From a virus: 64,000 nt of DNA. Under the pieces are notes generated by a model. The model did not search any database, was not told the DNA's origin, and saw only the letters and a list, made by a program, of their open reading frames with translations. Below, piece by piece: positions 17,420-28,500 of the stretch (its first letter is position 1; every line of letters begins with the position of its first letter). The position numbers and the translations under genes are program-made. The stretch spans positions 1 to 64,000 of the IMG/VR virus record IMGVR_UViG_3300002307_002134, one strand, 5' to 3'.

Positions 17420-18437
17420 AAACGAAAAATCTGCGGCTTAACATAGTAATATGTTTCGAAAAATTCATCTAAACGGGGAATACCTAAAGAAGTCATGTTG
17501 TAGACAATCCCGTGCTAAATTTTATGATGATACCGTTTTAGGGTTACTTTTTAATTTATCTACATATTTATAATAAAAAACATTATGGGATACATTTATA
17601 AAATTATTAATTTAGAAACAAACAAATACTATTTAGGTAGTACTAAAGAAATAAAAAAAAAAGAACTTTAAAACATTTTAACGAACTTAGAAAAAATAAA
17701 CACCATTGTATTCATTTACAAAGAGCGTTTAATAAATACGGTGAAGATAATTTTAAATTAGAAATTATTTTAGAATGTGAAAACTATAAAGATAAAGAAC
17801 AAGAATTATTAGATTCAATATCTTTTTATGAATTGTACAATGTTTCAAAAAGTGCTAGTGGTGGTGATTTAATATCTAACCACCCAAATAAAGTTAATAT
17901 AATCAAAAAAGCGATTGAAAACCTTAGAAAGGCACCTAAACAAGAACCAAGATTTAAAAGCGATAACCCTAATTGGAAAGGTGGTAAAACTTTTTGTGAA
18001 TGTGGTTCTAGAATAGATAGTGTGACAAAAAAATGTATAAAATGTTTAGATAGAAGTGGTGAAAAGAACCCATTTTTTAATAAACAACATTCACAAGTAA
18101 CCAAAAAAATTTTAAGTGAGAAAAGAACTGGGAAATATAATGGTAACCAAGAAAAAATAGTAATTGTTAACGATGAAGAGTTTAAATCCTTATCAGAATG
18201 TGCTAGAGTCTTCAACGTTAAACCAGCAACAATTTTGAACCGAATTAAAAGTGTTAATTACCCAGATTATCAATATAAATAAATGCCTAACGACTATCCC
18301 GACAGGGAGTACACTCAAGTGAGTGGAAAAGATGAAAACCCAAATATTTGGGTTGTGATATAGTCTAATCTTTATGGAAACATAAAGAAGTTCATAAGAG
18401 AACTGCATAAGATTAACAACCTTATGTGAATATAGTG
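17420..18437 (+). mobile_element. group I self-splicing intron in thyA
   Basis: P1 exon CCGU pairs with IGS GCGG (U.G wobble); P10 ATCT pairs with 3' exon AGAT; P7 GACTAT/ATAGTC; terminal G at 18437; splicing restores QRSV-DTFLGLPFNIASY. Confidence 0.93.
17585..18282 (+). CDS. intron-encoded GIY-YIG homing endonuclease, frameshifted at A10 (17653-17662)
   Basis: MGYIYKIINLETNKYYLGST in frame 0; continues in the -1 frame HLQRAFNKYGEDNF...E...YN, followed by NUMOD-like NPFFNKQHS and HTH tail. Confidence 0.85.
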
Positions 18438-18735
18438 AGATACATTTTTAGGTTTACCATTCAATATAGCCTCTTATGGATTATTATTAGAAATAATTGC
18501 AAAAGAAGTTAATATGGTTCCAGATGAACTAATTGGTAATCTTGGAGATGCTCACTTATATTTGAACCATATTGAACAAGCTAAAGAACAGATTAGTCGA
18601 GAACCATTTGAGCTGCCTAAATTAAATATTCATCCAGGCATGTTGGTTTATGAGTTGTCTAAATTAGACAAAGATATGTTTATTTTAGAAAACTATCAAT
18701 CACACCCAGCAATAAAAGCACCTCTATCAAATTAA
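18438..18735 (+). CDS. thyA: thymidylate synthase, exon 2
   Basis: DTFLGLPFNIASY, GDAHLYLNH, YQSHPAIKAPLS. Confidence 0.92.
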
Positions 18736-18759
18736 AAATAATAATTAAAAATATAAAAA

Positions 18760-18972
18760 ATGGAATACAAACTACGTGATTTTATTAATTATCCAAATTA
18801 TGATATAGCTTGGATAAGTTGGGAGACTTCTTCATCTTATGGTATAGTGAAAACTAATGAATGTTATACTGAAAAAGGTTGGTCAATTACCCCATTAGAG
18901 TTTGAATGGATACTTAAAAAAGATTTTAACTATCCAATAGTTGATTATGTAAGTAAATTTAAGAAAAAATAG
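18760..18972 (+). CDS. hypothetical protein
   Basis: 70-aa ORF followed by a terminator. Confidence 0.55.
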   Translation: MEYKLRDFINYPNYDIAWISWETSSSYGIVKTNECYTEKGWSITPLEFEWILKKDFNYPIVDYVSKFKKK

Positions 18973-18995
18973 TTTTTGATAATTTATTTGAATAA

Positions 18996-19023
18996 TAAAA
19001 AGCACTATAATAGTGCTTTTTTT
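18996..19023 (+). terminator. rho-independent terminator
   Basis: aaaaagcact-ataat-agtgcttttttt. Confidence 0.75.
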
Positions 19024-19058
19024 ATTTTTAAGCGATATTTATAATAAAACAAATAAAA

Positions 19059-19316
19059 ATGGCAAATATTACTGATGTTCATAGTATTATTGTTCCAGCT
19101 CAGTCAGCTAACTTGACAGCACATACGTACAATGAAATATATGGTGGTACATATGGGTGTACTATGGTGCTTAATGGGGTTACTATTGATGTAGCTTCTT
19201 CATCAAACATAAAGGTTTGGGTTAAATCAATAAGTGGTGGGACTGGTTGTTACCTATTGGGTGAAAAACAAAATGTTCTTCAAGGATTAACAAATGGTTA
19301 CTATTTGGGACAGTAA
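19059..19316 (+). CDS. hypothetical (probable virion) protein
   Basis: 85-aa beta-rich ORF after a TATTTATA motif. Confidence 0.65.
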   Translation: MANITDVHSIIVPAQSANLTAHTYNEIYGGTYGCTMVLNGVTIDVASSSNIKVWVKSISGGTGCYLLGEKQNVLQGLTNGYYLGQ

Positions 19317-19356
19317 CATATTTATATTAAAATAAACAAACACAAAAAGATATAAT

Positions 19357-20322
19357 ATGAAAATTAATAACAGAATAACTCCAGTTGGTCTTAAGGGGCA
19401 AGAAATAAACAAACGTATGAAAGAATTGATGGGTGTCAAACCTATCAACGAAAACCAATCTAAAGTTGTTGTTGAATTGACCAAAATGGGTCCAGACGGA
19501 AATGCTTATGCTATTATAAGAGAAAACCACGAATGGTATATTAAAAAATCAACCAAAACCTCTAATCTAGTTGCTGAAGACTTCAAATATATTGGAGGTT
19601 TGATGAACAAGAAGGATGAGGCTTACAATTCATATGCCAAAGCTATCAAGCATTTGAACCTTAAATTCAAGAGTCTAGCTGAAGTTTATAACTTTGAAGG
19701 CGAAATCAACGTATTTGTAAACGACAATCTTTTAACTGAAAACACGCCAATGGCTGGTGGTTTCTCTGAAATGAAAGGTAATGGTTTTACAGGTGAAGGT
19801 AACTTGGAAGAAAACAAACCTATGTGGGAAGAAGAAGACAAAGATAAAAACAACCCATGGGCTATTTGCACATCTAGTGTTGGTAGAGAAGACAAAGACA
19901 AATACGAAGCTTGCGTTAAAGACGTTAAGAAAAAAATGGGTATGGACGAAAGCATGACTGAAGAAGGTTGGGCTGAAGAGTGTTGGATGCGTGAAAACAT
20001 GACCGATGAAGAAAGAGCTATTGATGAAATGATTGATGGTTATCAATCTACTGATGATAATGAAAATCAAACATCAAATGATGACGCATATGGTAAAGCT
20101 TTTAATTCAATGGAAGAAGAAGGAATTGATGAAGAAATGACCGACAAACAAAAAAAGTTTGCAGCATTGGCACCGCCATATGATAACATCACTTATGCTG
20201 ATAAAATTGCTGGTGCAAAAAAAGGCGAAACAAAAGAATCAAAATTTAGCATTTCAGAAGGACTTAAAAACATTGACCAATTAATTGAGAACTTTACCGA
20301 AGGGTTAAAAAAAAAAGTCTAA
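19357..20322 (+). CDS. acidic head-associated protein, short form (N-terminal part of a frameshift fusion)
   Basis: 321 aa ending LKKKV* on an A10 run (20307-20316). Confidence 0.8.
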   Translation: MKINNRITPVGLKGQEINKRMKELMGVKPINENQSKVVVELTKMGPDGNAYAIIRENHEWYIKKSTKTSNLVAEDFKYIGGLMNKKDEAYNSYAKAIKHLNLKFKSLAEVYNFEGEINVFVNDNLLTENTPMAGGFSEMKGNGFTGEGNLEENKPMWEEEDKDKNNPWAICTSSVGREDKDKYEACVKDVKKKMGMDESMTEEGWAEECWMRENMTDEERAIDEMIDGYQSTDDNENQTSNDDAYGKAFNSMEEEGIDEEMTDKQKKFAALAPPYDNITYADKIAGAKKGETKESKFSISEGLKNIDQLIENFTEGLKKKV

Positions 20323-22766
20323 CTGAAGACACAAAATATAAGTTAAAGCTTGCAGCCCCTAAACAAGAGCCATTAGTTTCAACTGAACCAGCACCTGTTG
20401 ATGATGCTCCACCAGCAGATGCTTCATTTGGTGATGAAAAACCATCAAGTTCAAGCAAAAAGCCTTTTGATGATGAACCATTTGATGCTGGTGTTGAGGC
20501 TGATGAAGAATCAGACCCAAAAAAATTCATAGAACAACTAACTGGAAAGTTAGGTCAATCCCTAAGAAAATATAACGAAGAACAAGGTCAACCAGATTTC
20601 GAACTAGAAAAGTTCGCAATCAATTCGTTATTGTCAGCAACTCACACTTCTGAAATGGATGCTGAAGACCAAAAAGATATTATAAGCAAAGTCAAAAAAG
20701 CTGGTCAAAAAGATAAAAATGTTGCTCCAGAGAGCGATGAAACACCTAGCGAAGAACCAGCACCAGAATCTGAACCATCTGATGAAGAAGGTTTGGATGA
20801 ATTGCATGTTTATGAAAACATGGATAATTTGTTTGTTGACCCTAAGAAAAACAATATGTTTCAAGATGGTTCAAATGACATACTGGATGAATATGGCTCT
20901 TTTACATTAAAAGAAGAATATATCAATGAAGGTTCTGGTAATATTTTGGAAGAAACTGAAGATTATGTAATATATGAAGTAATTGAAGAAGGTAAAAAGA
21001 AAAAGAAAAAAAAGAAAAAAGATGCATGCTATCGAAAGGTTAAAAGTAGATATAAAGTATGGCCATCTGCTTATGCTTCTGGTGCTCTAGTTAAATGTCG
21101 TAAGGTTGGAGCCGCTAATTGGGGTAAAAGTACGGATGAAGGTGAAGAACCTATAGAAGAAAAATGGTCAGAAAAATATAAAAATAGTATTGATTGTAAC
21201 AACCCAAAGGGTTTCAGCCAAAGAGCACATTGTCAAGGTAGAAAGAAACATGATGAATCAGTAGAAGAAGCAGCTAAAAAAACTGACTTTTCTAAAGAAA
21301 AAGAAAGCGGTCTTCATGGTTGGTTTTCTAGAAGAGGCGGTGGAGGTAGTAAAGGTTGGGTAGATTGTAACACATGTAGAGAAGGAAAATGTAAATCATG
21401 CGGAAGAAAAAATGGTGAAAGCAGAGCTAAATATCCTTCATGCAGAAAAACACCTAGTGCTTGCAAAACCAAAGGAAAGGGTGACTCATGGGGTAAAAAA
21501 TCCGCAAATGAATCTGAATATAAGGTTTATGAAAATATAGAAATTATGAATGAAACTAACAATTACATGTTTTGGTCTAACCTTAAAACTATTGTTCACG
21601 CAACTGGTGAACTAATGAAAATGGACTGTGGTAAAATTGATTCAATTTTATCAGATGGTCATGGTTGGGCAATAGACCACATTGCTACTTCAAATGATGA
21701 TATTGAAGAAGTTTATCATTTCTTGGAGGGTCAAATTAATTATGAAGGTGCTGATGCTGACCGCATGACTGAAGGAGAACATGAATCGAACAATTACATG
21801 TTCTGGCAAAATCTAAAAACCATGCATCATGGTGCCAAAGAAATGTTAGAAATGGACCCATCTAGAGTTGATTCAATTTTATCAGATGGTCATGGTTGGG
21901 CACTAGACCACGTAGCTACTTCAGCTGATGACGTTGAAGAAGTATATCATTTCTTGGAAACAGAAGTTGATTCTTATGATGGTGATACACAAGGTGGTTA
22001 TAGTGATGAATTCGGTAGTGTTCAAAACACAACCATGAATGAATCTGAATATAAGGGCAGAACCGTAAAATTGGGCAAACCAATGAAAGGTGATGTTAAG
22101 AAATTCAAAGTATTTGTTAAAAACAAATCTGGTAAAGTGGTAAAAGTTAACTTTGGTGACCCTAATATGGAAATCAAACGAGACAACCCAGAAAGAAGAA
22201 AATCATTTAGAGCAAGACACAAATGTTCTCAAGCACATGATAGAACAACACCTAAATATTGGTCATGCAGAATGTGGTCAAGAAAACCAGTATCTAAAAT
22301 TATTGAAAAAGACTTGTCAGAGTCAAATAAAAATAGTATCTTTGACAAAAACTATATAAAGATGATAATTCATGAATCATTAAATACACATACAGAACCA
22401 GTTGTAAAACCAGCACCAACTAAACCAGCTGAACAACCTGTAAAACAACCAAGTAGAAAAGATAAGCCATTTTTACCAATGCCAGAAGTTAATCCAGACC
22501 CAAAAGCTGTAAACGAAAGCAAATCAAAATACGAGATTTACCATAAGACTCTTAGTCAAACGATTCAAGAAATTGAGCGTTATGTTATGTCACATGGTTA
22601 TGAACCAGTTGAATTTGATATCAATGATATCCAACACGTTCCTTATGGTGAAACTGCAAGGATTCAAAAACCATTGGTTAAAAACGGTAAACAAAAAGGA
22701 AATCTTAACGCTCAAATCTATCGTATGGATGGTGGAACGTATGAATTAAACATGTACGTAGGATAA
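20316..22766 (+). CDS. -1 frame extension of 19357 (includes ORF 20631..22766); modular basic/Cys-rich and acidic protein
   Basis: The frame is open from the A10 run (SLTEDTKYKLKLAAPKQEP...) for ~105 codons before the annotated TTG, with no in-frame ATG in that stretch. Confidence 0.8.
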   Translation, partial: SLTEDTKYKLKLAAPKQEPLVSTEPAPVDDAPPADASFGDEKPSSSSKKPFDDEPFDAGVEADEESDPKKFIEQLTGKLGQSLRKYNEEQGQPDFELEKFAINSLLSATHTSEMDAEDQKDIISKVKKAGQKDKNVAPESDETPSEEPAPESEPSDEEGLDELHVYENMDNLFVDPKKNNMFQDGSNDILDEYGSFTLKEEYINEGSGNILEETEDYVIYEVIEEGKKKKKKKKKDACYRKVKSRYKVWPSAYASGALVKCRKVGAANWGKSTDEGEEPIEEKWSEKYKNSIDCNNPKGFSQRAHCQGRKKHDESVEEAAKKTDFSKEKESGLHGWFSRRGGGGSKGWVDCNTCREGKCKSCGRKNGESRAKYPSCRKTPSACKTKGKGDSWGKKSANESEYKVYENIEIMNETNNYMFWSNLKTIVHATGELMKMDCGKIDSILSDGHGWAIDHIATSNDDIEEVYHFLEGQINYEGADADRMTEGEHESNNYMFWQNLKTMHHGAKEMLEMDPSRVDSILSDGHGWALDHVATSADDVEEVYHFLETEVDSYDGDTQGGYSDEFGSVQNTTMNESEYKGRTVKLGKPMKGDVKKFKVFVKNKSGKVVKVNFGDPNMEIKRDNPERRKSFRARHKCSQAHDRTTPKYWSCRMWSRKPVSKIIEKDLSESNKNSIFDKNYIKMIIHESLNTHTEPVVKPAPTKPAEQPVKQPSRKDKPFLPMPEVNPDPKAVNESKSKYEIYHKTLSQTIQEIERYVMSHGYEPVEFDINDIQHVPYGETARIQKPLVKNGKQKGNLNAQIYRMDGGTYELNMYVG
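21559..21960 (+). repeat. internal duplication of a ~57-aa His-rich module
   Basis: NNYMFW.NLKT..H...E...MD....DSILSDGHGWA.DH.ATS.DD.EEVYHFLE twice. Confidence 0.9.
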
Positions 22767-23179
22767 TGAAAGAACTTTTTTTAATATATGTCAATATGGT
22801 TGGCAAGGATTATAAAGGAAATTATATTTATGAATTTATATTTTCTGATACGACCAAAAATATTGATGGTGACGAATGGGATACGTTTCCAGCTTCTGGT
22901 CGACCAGAGGCACCATATGAACATTTTATTAAAAAAGTTGGTCGTTTGGAATCAGAATTAAAATTGGATGTTATTCAAAATAGCGACACTTTTGCTGTTT
23001 GGGATGCTATAGATGGTGTCATAGCTTTAGCTTGGGAGAATATAAATGCTTATGATTCTTACCCAGATAAAAGACTTTGTTTTAAATTTGGTGAGTCTTT
23101 GAAAGATGTTGAAGGCAAGCTATACGAAAAAGACATAATACTAAATTACAATAAAGAATATCATGGAGAAACAAAATGA
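22766..23179 (+). CDS. hypothetical protein
   Basis: 137-aa ORF translationally coupled to the previous gene (TAATG). Confidence 0.75.
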   Translation: MKELFLIYVNMVGKDYKGNYIYEFIFSDTTKNIDGDEWDTFPASGRPEAPYEHFIKKVGRLESELKLDVIQNSDTFAVWDAIDGVIALAWENINAYDSYPDKRLCFKFGESLKDVEGKLYEKDIILNYNKEYHGETK

Positions 23180-24143
23180 TTTAAACAAAATAAATATGGA
23201 TTATAAAACCTATTCAAAAATAAAAGGTAAATTAAATCCACAAGATAGAAAAAACGTAACTATTACTGGCGATAAACCAACAACATCTTTATCTTCTATG
23301 TTAATGGAAGAAAATGAAACGTCAAAACCAGAATCGATAATTAAACCTCAAGATAAAGCTACCATCAAGTATCTTTCTAATGTAAAAGATGCGAAAACTG
23401 GAGAGATTTCAAAACCGTTTGCTATTGGAGATAAGAAATATCAAATGGTTAGGGGTGTTCATCCTAGCGGAGAAGTTGGTTTGGCTGTATTTTGCCATGA
23501 TGATGTGGATGATAGTGGTGAAAACATGATTCATTCAGTTGAGTATTTTGAAGAAAATATAGCCATACCCATGAAAGAACAAATGGGTATGATTGGTCAA
23601 GATATTAAACCATTAACAGAAAAAAAACCAATACATAGTTTAAGTGAATTTAAACATTTTATAGTTAATAATAAAAACGGAAAAGTTAGAAAATTTAAAA
23701 CCATAGAAGAATTGGCAAAGTCAAATATGACCGAAGAGGAATCTTATATGAATTTACCTCAATTTAGAAAACACGTGTCTGAAAAACTTTTTGGTTCTAA
23801 ACATAGGGTTATAAAAGAAGTAGAACCTACTGGTAATGTTAATGACGAAGAAATAACTACAAAAGCTAAAAATCTTATGAAGGTTATTGAAAAAAATAGT
23901 ACAATTCAAACTAGCATAAATAGTATTAAAAATAATCCATTAGCTCAAAGAGAAGTAATTGCCGCTTTTGCTGAAACAATCGGTGTTAAAAGAAGTCAAT
24001 TACCTAAGTTTGTTGCTGATATAAAAGACATAGCTATAGCAAAATCACAACAACAACCACAACAACAACCACAACAACAAGAACCAAAATTATTTGAAAA
24101 CGTAATAAAAATAATAAAAGTAAAAGATATAAATAATGAATAA
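23163..24143 (+). CDS. hypothetical protein
   Basis: 326-aa ORF with a QQQP repeat. Confidence 0.75.
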   Translation: MEKQNDLNKINMDYKTYSKIKGKLNPQDRKNVTITGDKPTTSLSSMLMEENETSKPESIIKPQDKATIKYLSNVKDAKTGEISKPFAIGDKKYQMVRGVHPSGEVGLAVFCHDDVDDSGENMIHSVEYFEENIAIPMKEQMGMIGQDIKPLTEKKPIHSLSEFKHFIVNNKNGKVRKFKTIEELAKSNMTEEESYMNLPQFRKHVSEKLFGSKHRVIKEVEPTGNVNDEEITTKAKNLMKVIEKNSTIQTSINSIKNNPLAQREVIAAFAETIGVKRSQLPKFVADIKDIAIAKSQQQPQQQPQQQEPKLFENVIKIIKVKDINNE

Positions 24144-25407
24144 CTATAAAAAAATAGTTGAAAATGCTTTAAAAAGAACCAACAAAATTAAAACTTTGAA
24201 TGAGGGGGTTGTGTATCCAGAAGGCATGACTGAAAGAATGCATAAACATCTTGAAGAAGACTTGTTAAATGGAACCCATTCATTAGGTAAACATCCTATT
24301 TTTCCAGAAGGAGATGAATCTTCTTTTGAAGAAAAAATAATGGGTGAACGTTTTAGTGAAGTTGCTAAACGTTACAAAAGAGCATTTGATGTTGAGGTGA
24401 TTGACAATGGTAAGGTGATGACAGAAATAATGCCATTGGTTTACGAGACTATGGGTTTGGAATCAAAACATAGAAAGGCTCTTTGCAAACTGGCCGAAGA
24501 AATGGTACGTGAAGAATTTAATATGAGCAAAGATGTTGTTGAAATTCATGCTGAATTAACAACAGAAATAAATATGGTTGGTACCAAGAAGAATCCAAAA
24601 CCTATGACCACAGAAATAGGTTTTAAAAATCATGATGAAATGGTGAACGCCAAAGATGAGGTTTATAGAAGAAGGTTTATGAATGCTATGATACAAGGTG
24701 CTGCTAAAAAATGCAATCATATGTTTCATATGGTTGATGATGAATTGACTGATTTAGACCCAAGACTTCCAAATAAATATTCCAAAATGATGGCAGCTGC
24801 TGATTACATGTACTATGTTATACCTAACATGGAAAATGGTGTTAACGGTGGTGTTGTAAGGGTTCAATTCCCAACAGCATCAAATCCTAAAGCTGTTATA
24901 TACGCACAAGCAATGGTATTCCCAGTTCTTATCCATGAATTGGTAAAAGGCGTTATGGAATTATTGTCAGCACATGCGTTGCCTAAAAACAAAAAATTGG
25001 GTGAGTATGTGATTAATAAATCAGATTTCTTGGCGGCTGAGCCGTGGGATATGAGAATGGGTCCAGGTTTATGGAATAGATTCACAAATATGATTGAACC
25101 AGATGATTTCCATTTAAAACATCACATTTATACTGAGTTAGCTTCTTTGCCAGTTAAAGAATTCAATATTAAAATGAGAGAAATTATGGCTGGTACCAAA
25201 GAAGGTAAGAAAATAATCCAAGGCATTGTTAACGAGGTTAAAGCTGGGTTACAAGAAGACGAATTTAATGAGGCAATGAATGAGATTAATAAAAAAAGTA
25301 AAGATGTTATTGAAAAAAATAAAGGTTTTGATTTTGAAGACCTTTTTGGTAATAGCAAAGATTCAGATGATGATTCTGATGGTTTTGAATTTGATGAGCT
25401 ATTCTAA
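24136..25407 (+). CDS. hypothetical head-module protein
   Basis: 423-aa ORF immediately upstream of terL. Confidence 0.75.
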   Translation: MNNYKKIVENALKRTNKIKTLNEGVVYPEGMTERMHKHLEEDLLNGTHSLGKHPIFPEGDESSFEEKIMGERFSEVAKRYKRAFDVEVIDNGKVMTEIMPLVYETMGLESKHRKALCKLAEEMVREEFNMSKDVVEIHAELTTEINMVGTKKNPKPMTTEIGFKNHDEMVNAKDEVYRRRFMNAMIQGAAKKCNHMFHMVDDELTDLDPRLPNKYSKMMAAADYMYYVIPNMENGVNGGVVRVQFPTASNPKAVIYAQAMVFPVLIHELVKGVMELLSAHALPKNKKLGEYVINKSDFLAAEPWDMRMGPGLWNRFTNMIEPDDFHLKHHIYTELASLPVKEFNIKMREIMAGTKEGKKIIQGIVNEVKAGLQEDEFNEAMNEINKKSKDVIEKNKGFDFEDLFGNSKDSDDDSDGFEFDELF

Positions 25408-25506
25408 AATAAAACTTATATAAACATAATGAGGCCTCAAATGAGGCCTTATTTATTTGAAATAGGGCACTTTATCAGAGACTAGTATATTTATATTAAA
25501 AAGAAT

Positions 25507-28500
25507 ATGCTAACAACAACTGAGGTATTTAAAGAATATGCCAAGTGTTTGACGAGTCCAATCTATGCGATTGAGACTTACTTGGAAGTTTTTGACAAAA
25601 CTCAAGAGGGGTTTGTACCGTTCAAGCTATTTCCTAGACAGAAAGAAATTATCCATGCTTATGATAAGCATAGATTTAATCTTATTACAAAACCTAGACA
25701 GGCTGGTGTATCTACTACAACAGCTGCATATATGGCAATCAAGGTTGGTTTTGCTGATGCTGAAAACCCAGAAGCGGTACTTATCATTGCCAACAAACAA
25801 GAGTTGGCGTTTGAATTCCTTGCTAAGATTAAAGATTTTCTATCTCAATTACCAAGATGGGTTTGGGGTGCTGAATACTACGGAAACGCAAAAAATGAAG
25901 CCAAGAGTATCTTCCTTACAGATTCTAAAAAAGAAATCAAGTTGCCTAACGGTAGCCGTGTAAAAGCGGTTGCAACATCCAAAGATGCGTTGAGAGGTTT
26001 TACTCCTACATATCTTGTAATGGATGAGGCCGCTTATATTGTTAACGGTGCTGAAGTATTCGGTGCCGCATTGACAGCGTTGGGTTGTTTAACTAAAGAC
26101 TCATTGATACTAACCGAAAATGGTTTAGTTGAATTGAATGAATTGGTTGCTGAAAAAGATAAATTAGGTTTTACTGATTTAGAAACACCGCATATGGTTT
26201 GTAATAAATACGGTATTTTAACACCAGCGACCCAAACATTTGTAAGTGAGTATGGTGAGACGTATAGGATAAAAACTAAATTGGGTATAGAGTTAGAGGG
26301 TAGCTGGAAACATCCATTATTAATAAAAAGAGGGTTGGAAGAAATTTGGGTTAGAATGAATGAGTTAGTTATTGGAGATAAACCAGTTATAAACTACAAC
26401 CAGAATTATTTTGGTGTTAATAGTAAATTTGATTTTACTTTCAATAAATCAAATTACAACCAAAAAAACATCAACTTACCATTAAATTTATCAGATAACT
26501 TAGATTTTTGTTATTTATTAGGTTTATTCGTTGCTGAAGGTAATTTTACTAGTAGAGGTATAACAATAACAAATGTTGATGAACAGATAACTAATTTTTT
26601 AATAAACGATATAGCTAAATTAGGCAATGGATTTAAGAAAGTAGATGATAGACATTATATGTTTCATTCAACTGAATTAGTACAATGGTTTGAGGAGTTT
26701 GGGCTTAAAAAACATAATGCTAGAGATAAAGAGATACCATTATCAATACTTAAAATGTCTAAAGAAGTTATTGTTAATTTTTTACAAGGTATGTTTGATG
26801 GAGATGGAACGTCAACAATAAAAGATATTAAATATAGTAGTACATCTAAAAAATTAATTAGAACATTACAAACACTACTTTTAAATTTTGGTATTGTTTC
26901 ACATGTAAAAAAAGTAATACGAAAAACTTCTGAATCATCCATAATTTCAAATAAAAACCATATTTGTATTATATATAATTTAAAAATTTATTCTAATCAC
27001 GCATTAAAATTTTATTCTGAAATAGGTTTTAGATTAGATAGAAAACAAAAAAATGCAGAATATTTAATTGGTAAAAAATCAAATAGTAGATTTGTTGATG
27101 TGTCTCAGAAAACAATATTAAATATTTTAGAAAAAAACGGGTTAACTAAGTATAAATTTAGATTCTTAGACCGTTTTTGGGTTTCAAAATATGAGCGATT
27201 AAGTTATGAATCATTGAAACGTTTAATGATTGAAATACCTAATGACGTTAATTTATTGGGGTTATCTGAAAAAATAAAAAATAATGAGAAATATTATATT
27301 GATGAAATAATTGAAATAACTAATGGTATGGATTACACATATGATTTACACGTACCAGAAACTAATTCATTCATATCAAATGGTATAGTTAGCCATAATA
27401 CTGGTGGTAATGCAACTCTTATCTCTACACCACGTGGTATGGATGCTTTGTATTACAAAACATACGACCAAGCCAAGAAAAAAGAAAACGACTTCAATAT
27501 CATTGAAATGAAATGGTATGAAGATTTGCGTTATAACAAAGATTTGAAGTGGTTGAAAGATGACCTAGTTGAAACAGAAGTAGAATTTACCTTTGATTCA
27601 TATAAAAGAAGACTTGATGATGGGTGGAAACCTACTTCATCATGGTATGAAGAAATGTGTCGAGGTATGAACAATGATGCCAAGATGATTGCACAAGAGT
27701 TAGATGTATCATTTATTGGTTCTGGTGGTAACGTTATTGATGAACAGTACATTGAATTTCAAAATAAACACAATGTTAAGGACCCAACTTTTACACATGG
27801 AGCTGAGAATGAAATATGGGTATGGGAAGCACCCAAAGAAGGGCATCAATATATCATGGGTTGTTTACCACCAAATGAGAAAGTATTAACCGATAAGGGT
27901 TTAAAAAACATACAAGATGTTGAATTAACTGATATGTTAGTTAGTGAAAATGGTGATTATGTTGAGATTAATAATAAACAAATATACCCAGTTGTTAATG
28001 AAGATATTTTTGAAGTGCAAGTTGCTAATACTTTTAGAGCAACAACCTTCACAAAAGAACACCCTTTATTAACTAGTAAACCAAATTTAAAACGTAATTA
28101 TCTTAAAAATCATGAAAATTTAAAGTTTAATGAAAGGTATTGGGATTTTGATTTTAATTACACTAGAACTGAAGAGGTTGAGAAAGGTGATTGGATTAAG
28201 GTTCCGAACATTTATAAAAAAGAAATTCATGATATTTTGGACAATAAATGGATTATTTCTAAAGATATTAGAAAGGATTTTAACATTGATTCACCATTAA
28301 AGGATAAAGAATTTTGGTGGTTTATTGGTATGTGGTTAGGTGATGGTTGGTTAGGTAATTTAAATAATAGTTATTCAATATCTATTTGTTTTAATTCTAA
28401 AGATGAATATTATTTAAATAAAGTAAATGATTTAATAATTAGATTGTTTGACAGGTCTCCATCATTTATTGATAGGGGTAAAAACACTTTTGAATTGGTT

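Noticed and set aside
17833-18735. ORFs 17833..18282 and 18514..18735 as independent genes
   Set aside because: They are the C-terminal part of the frameshifted GIY-YIG gene and the thyA 3' exon.
20631-20633. TTG start for the 711-aa ORF
   Set aside because: The frame is open and protein-like back to the A10 run at 20307, and there is no A-rich leader before the TTG.
24136-25407. Terminase small subunit or HExxH protease call
   Set aside because: Position is suggestive, but the size is atypical and HELVK lacks the second His.
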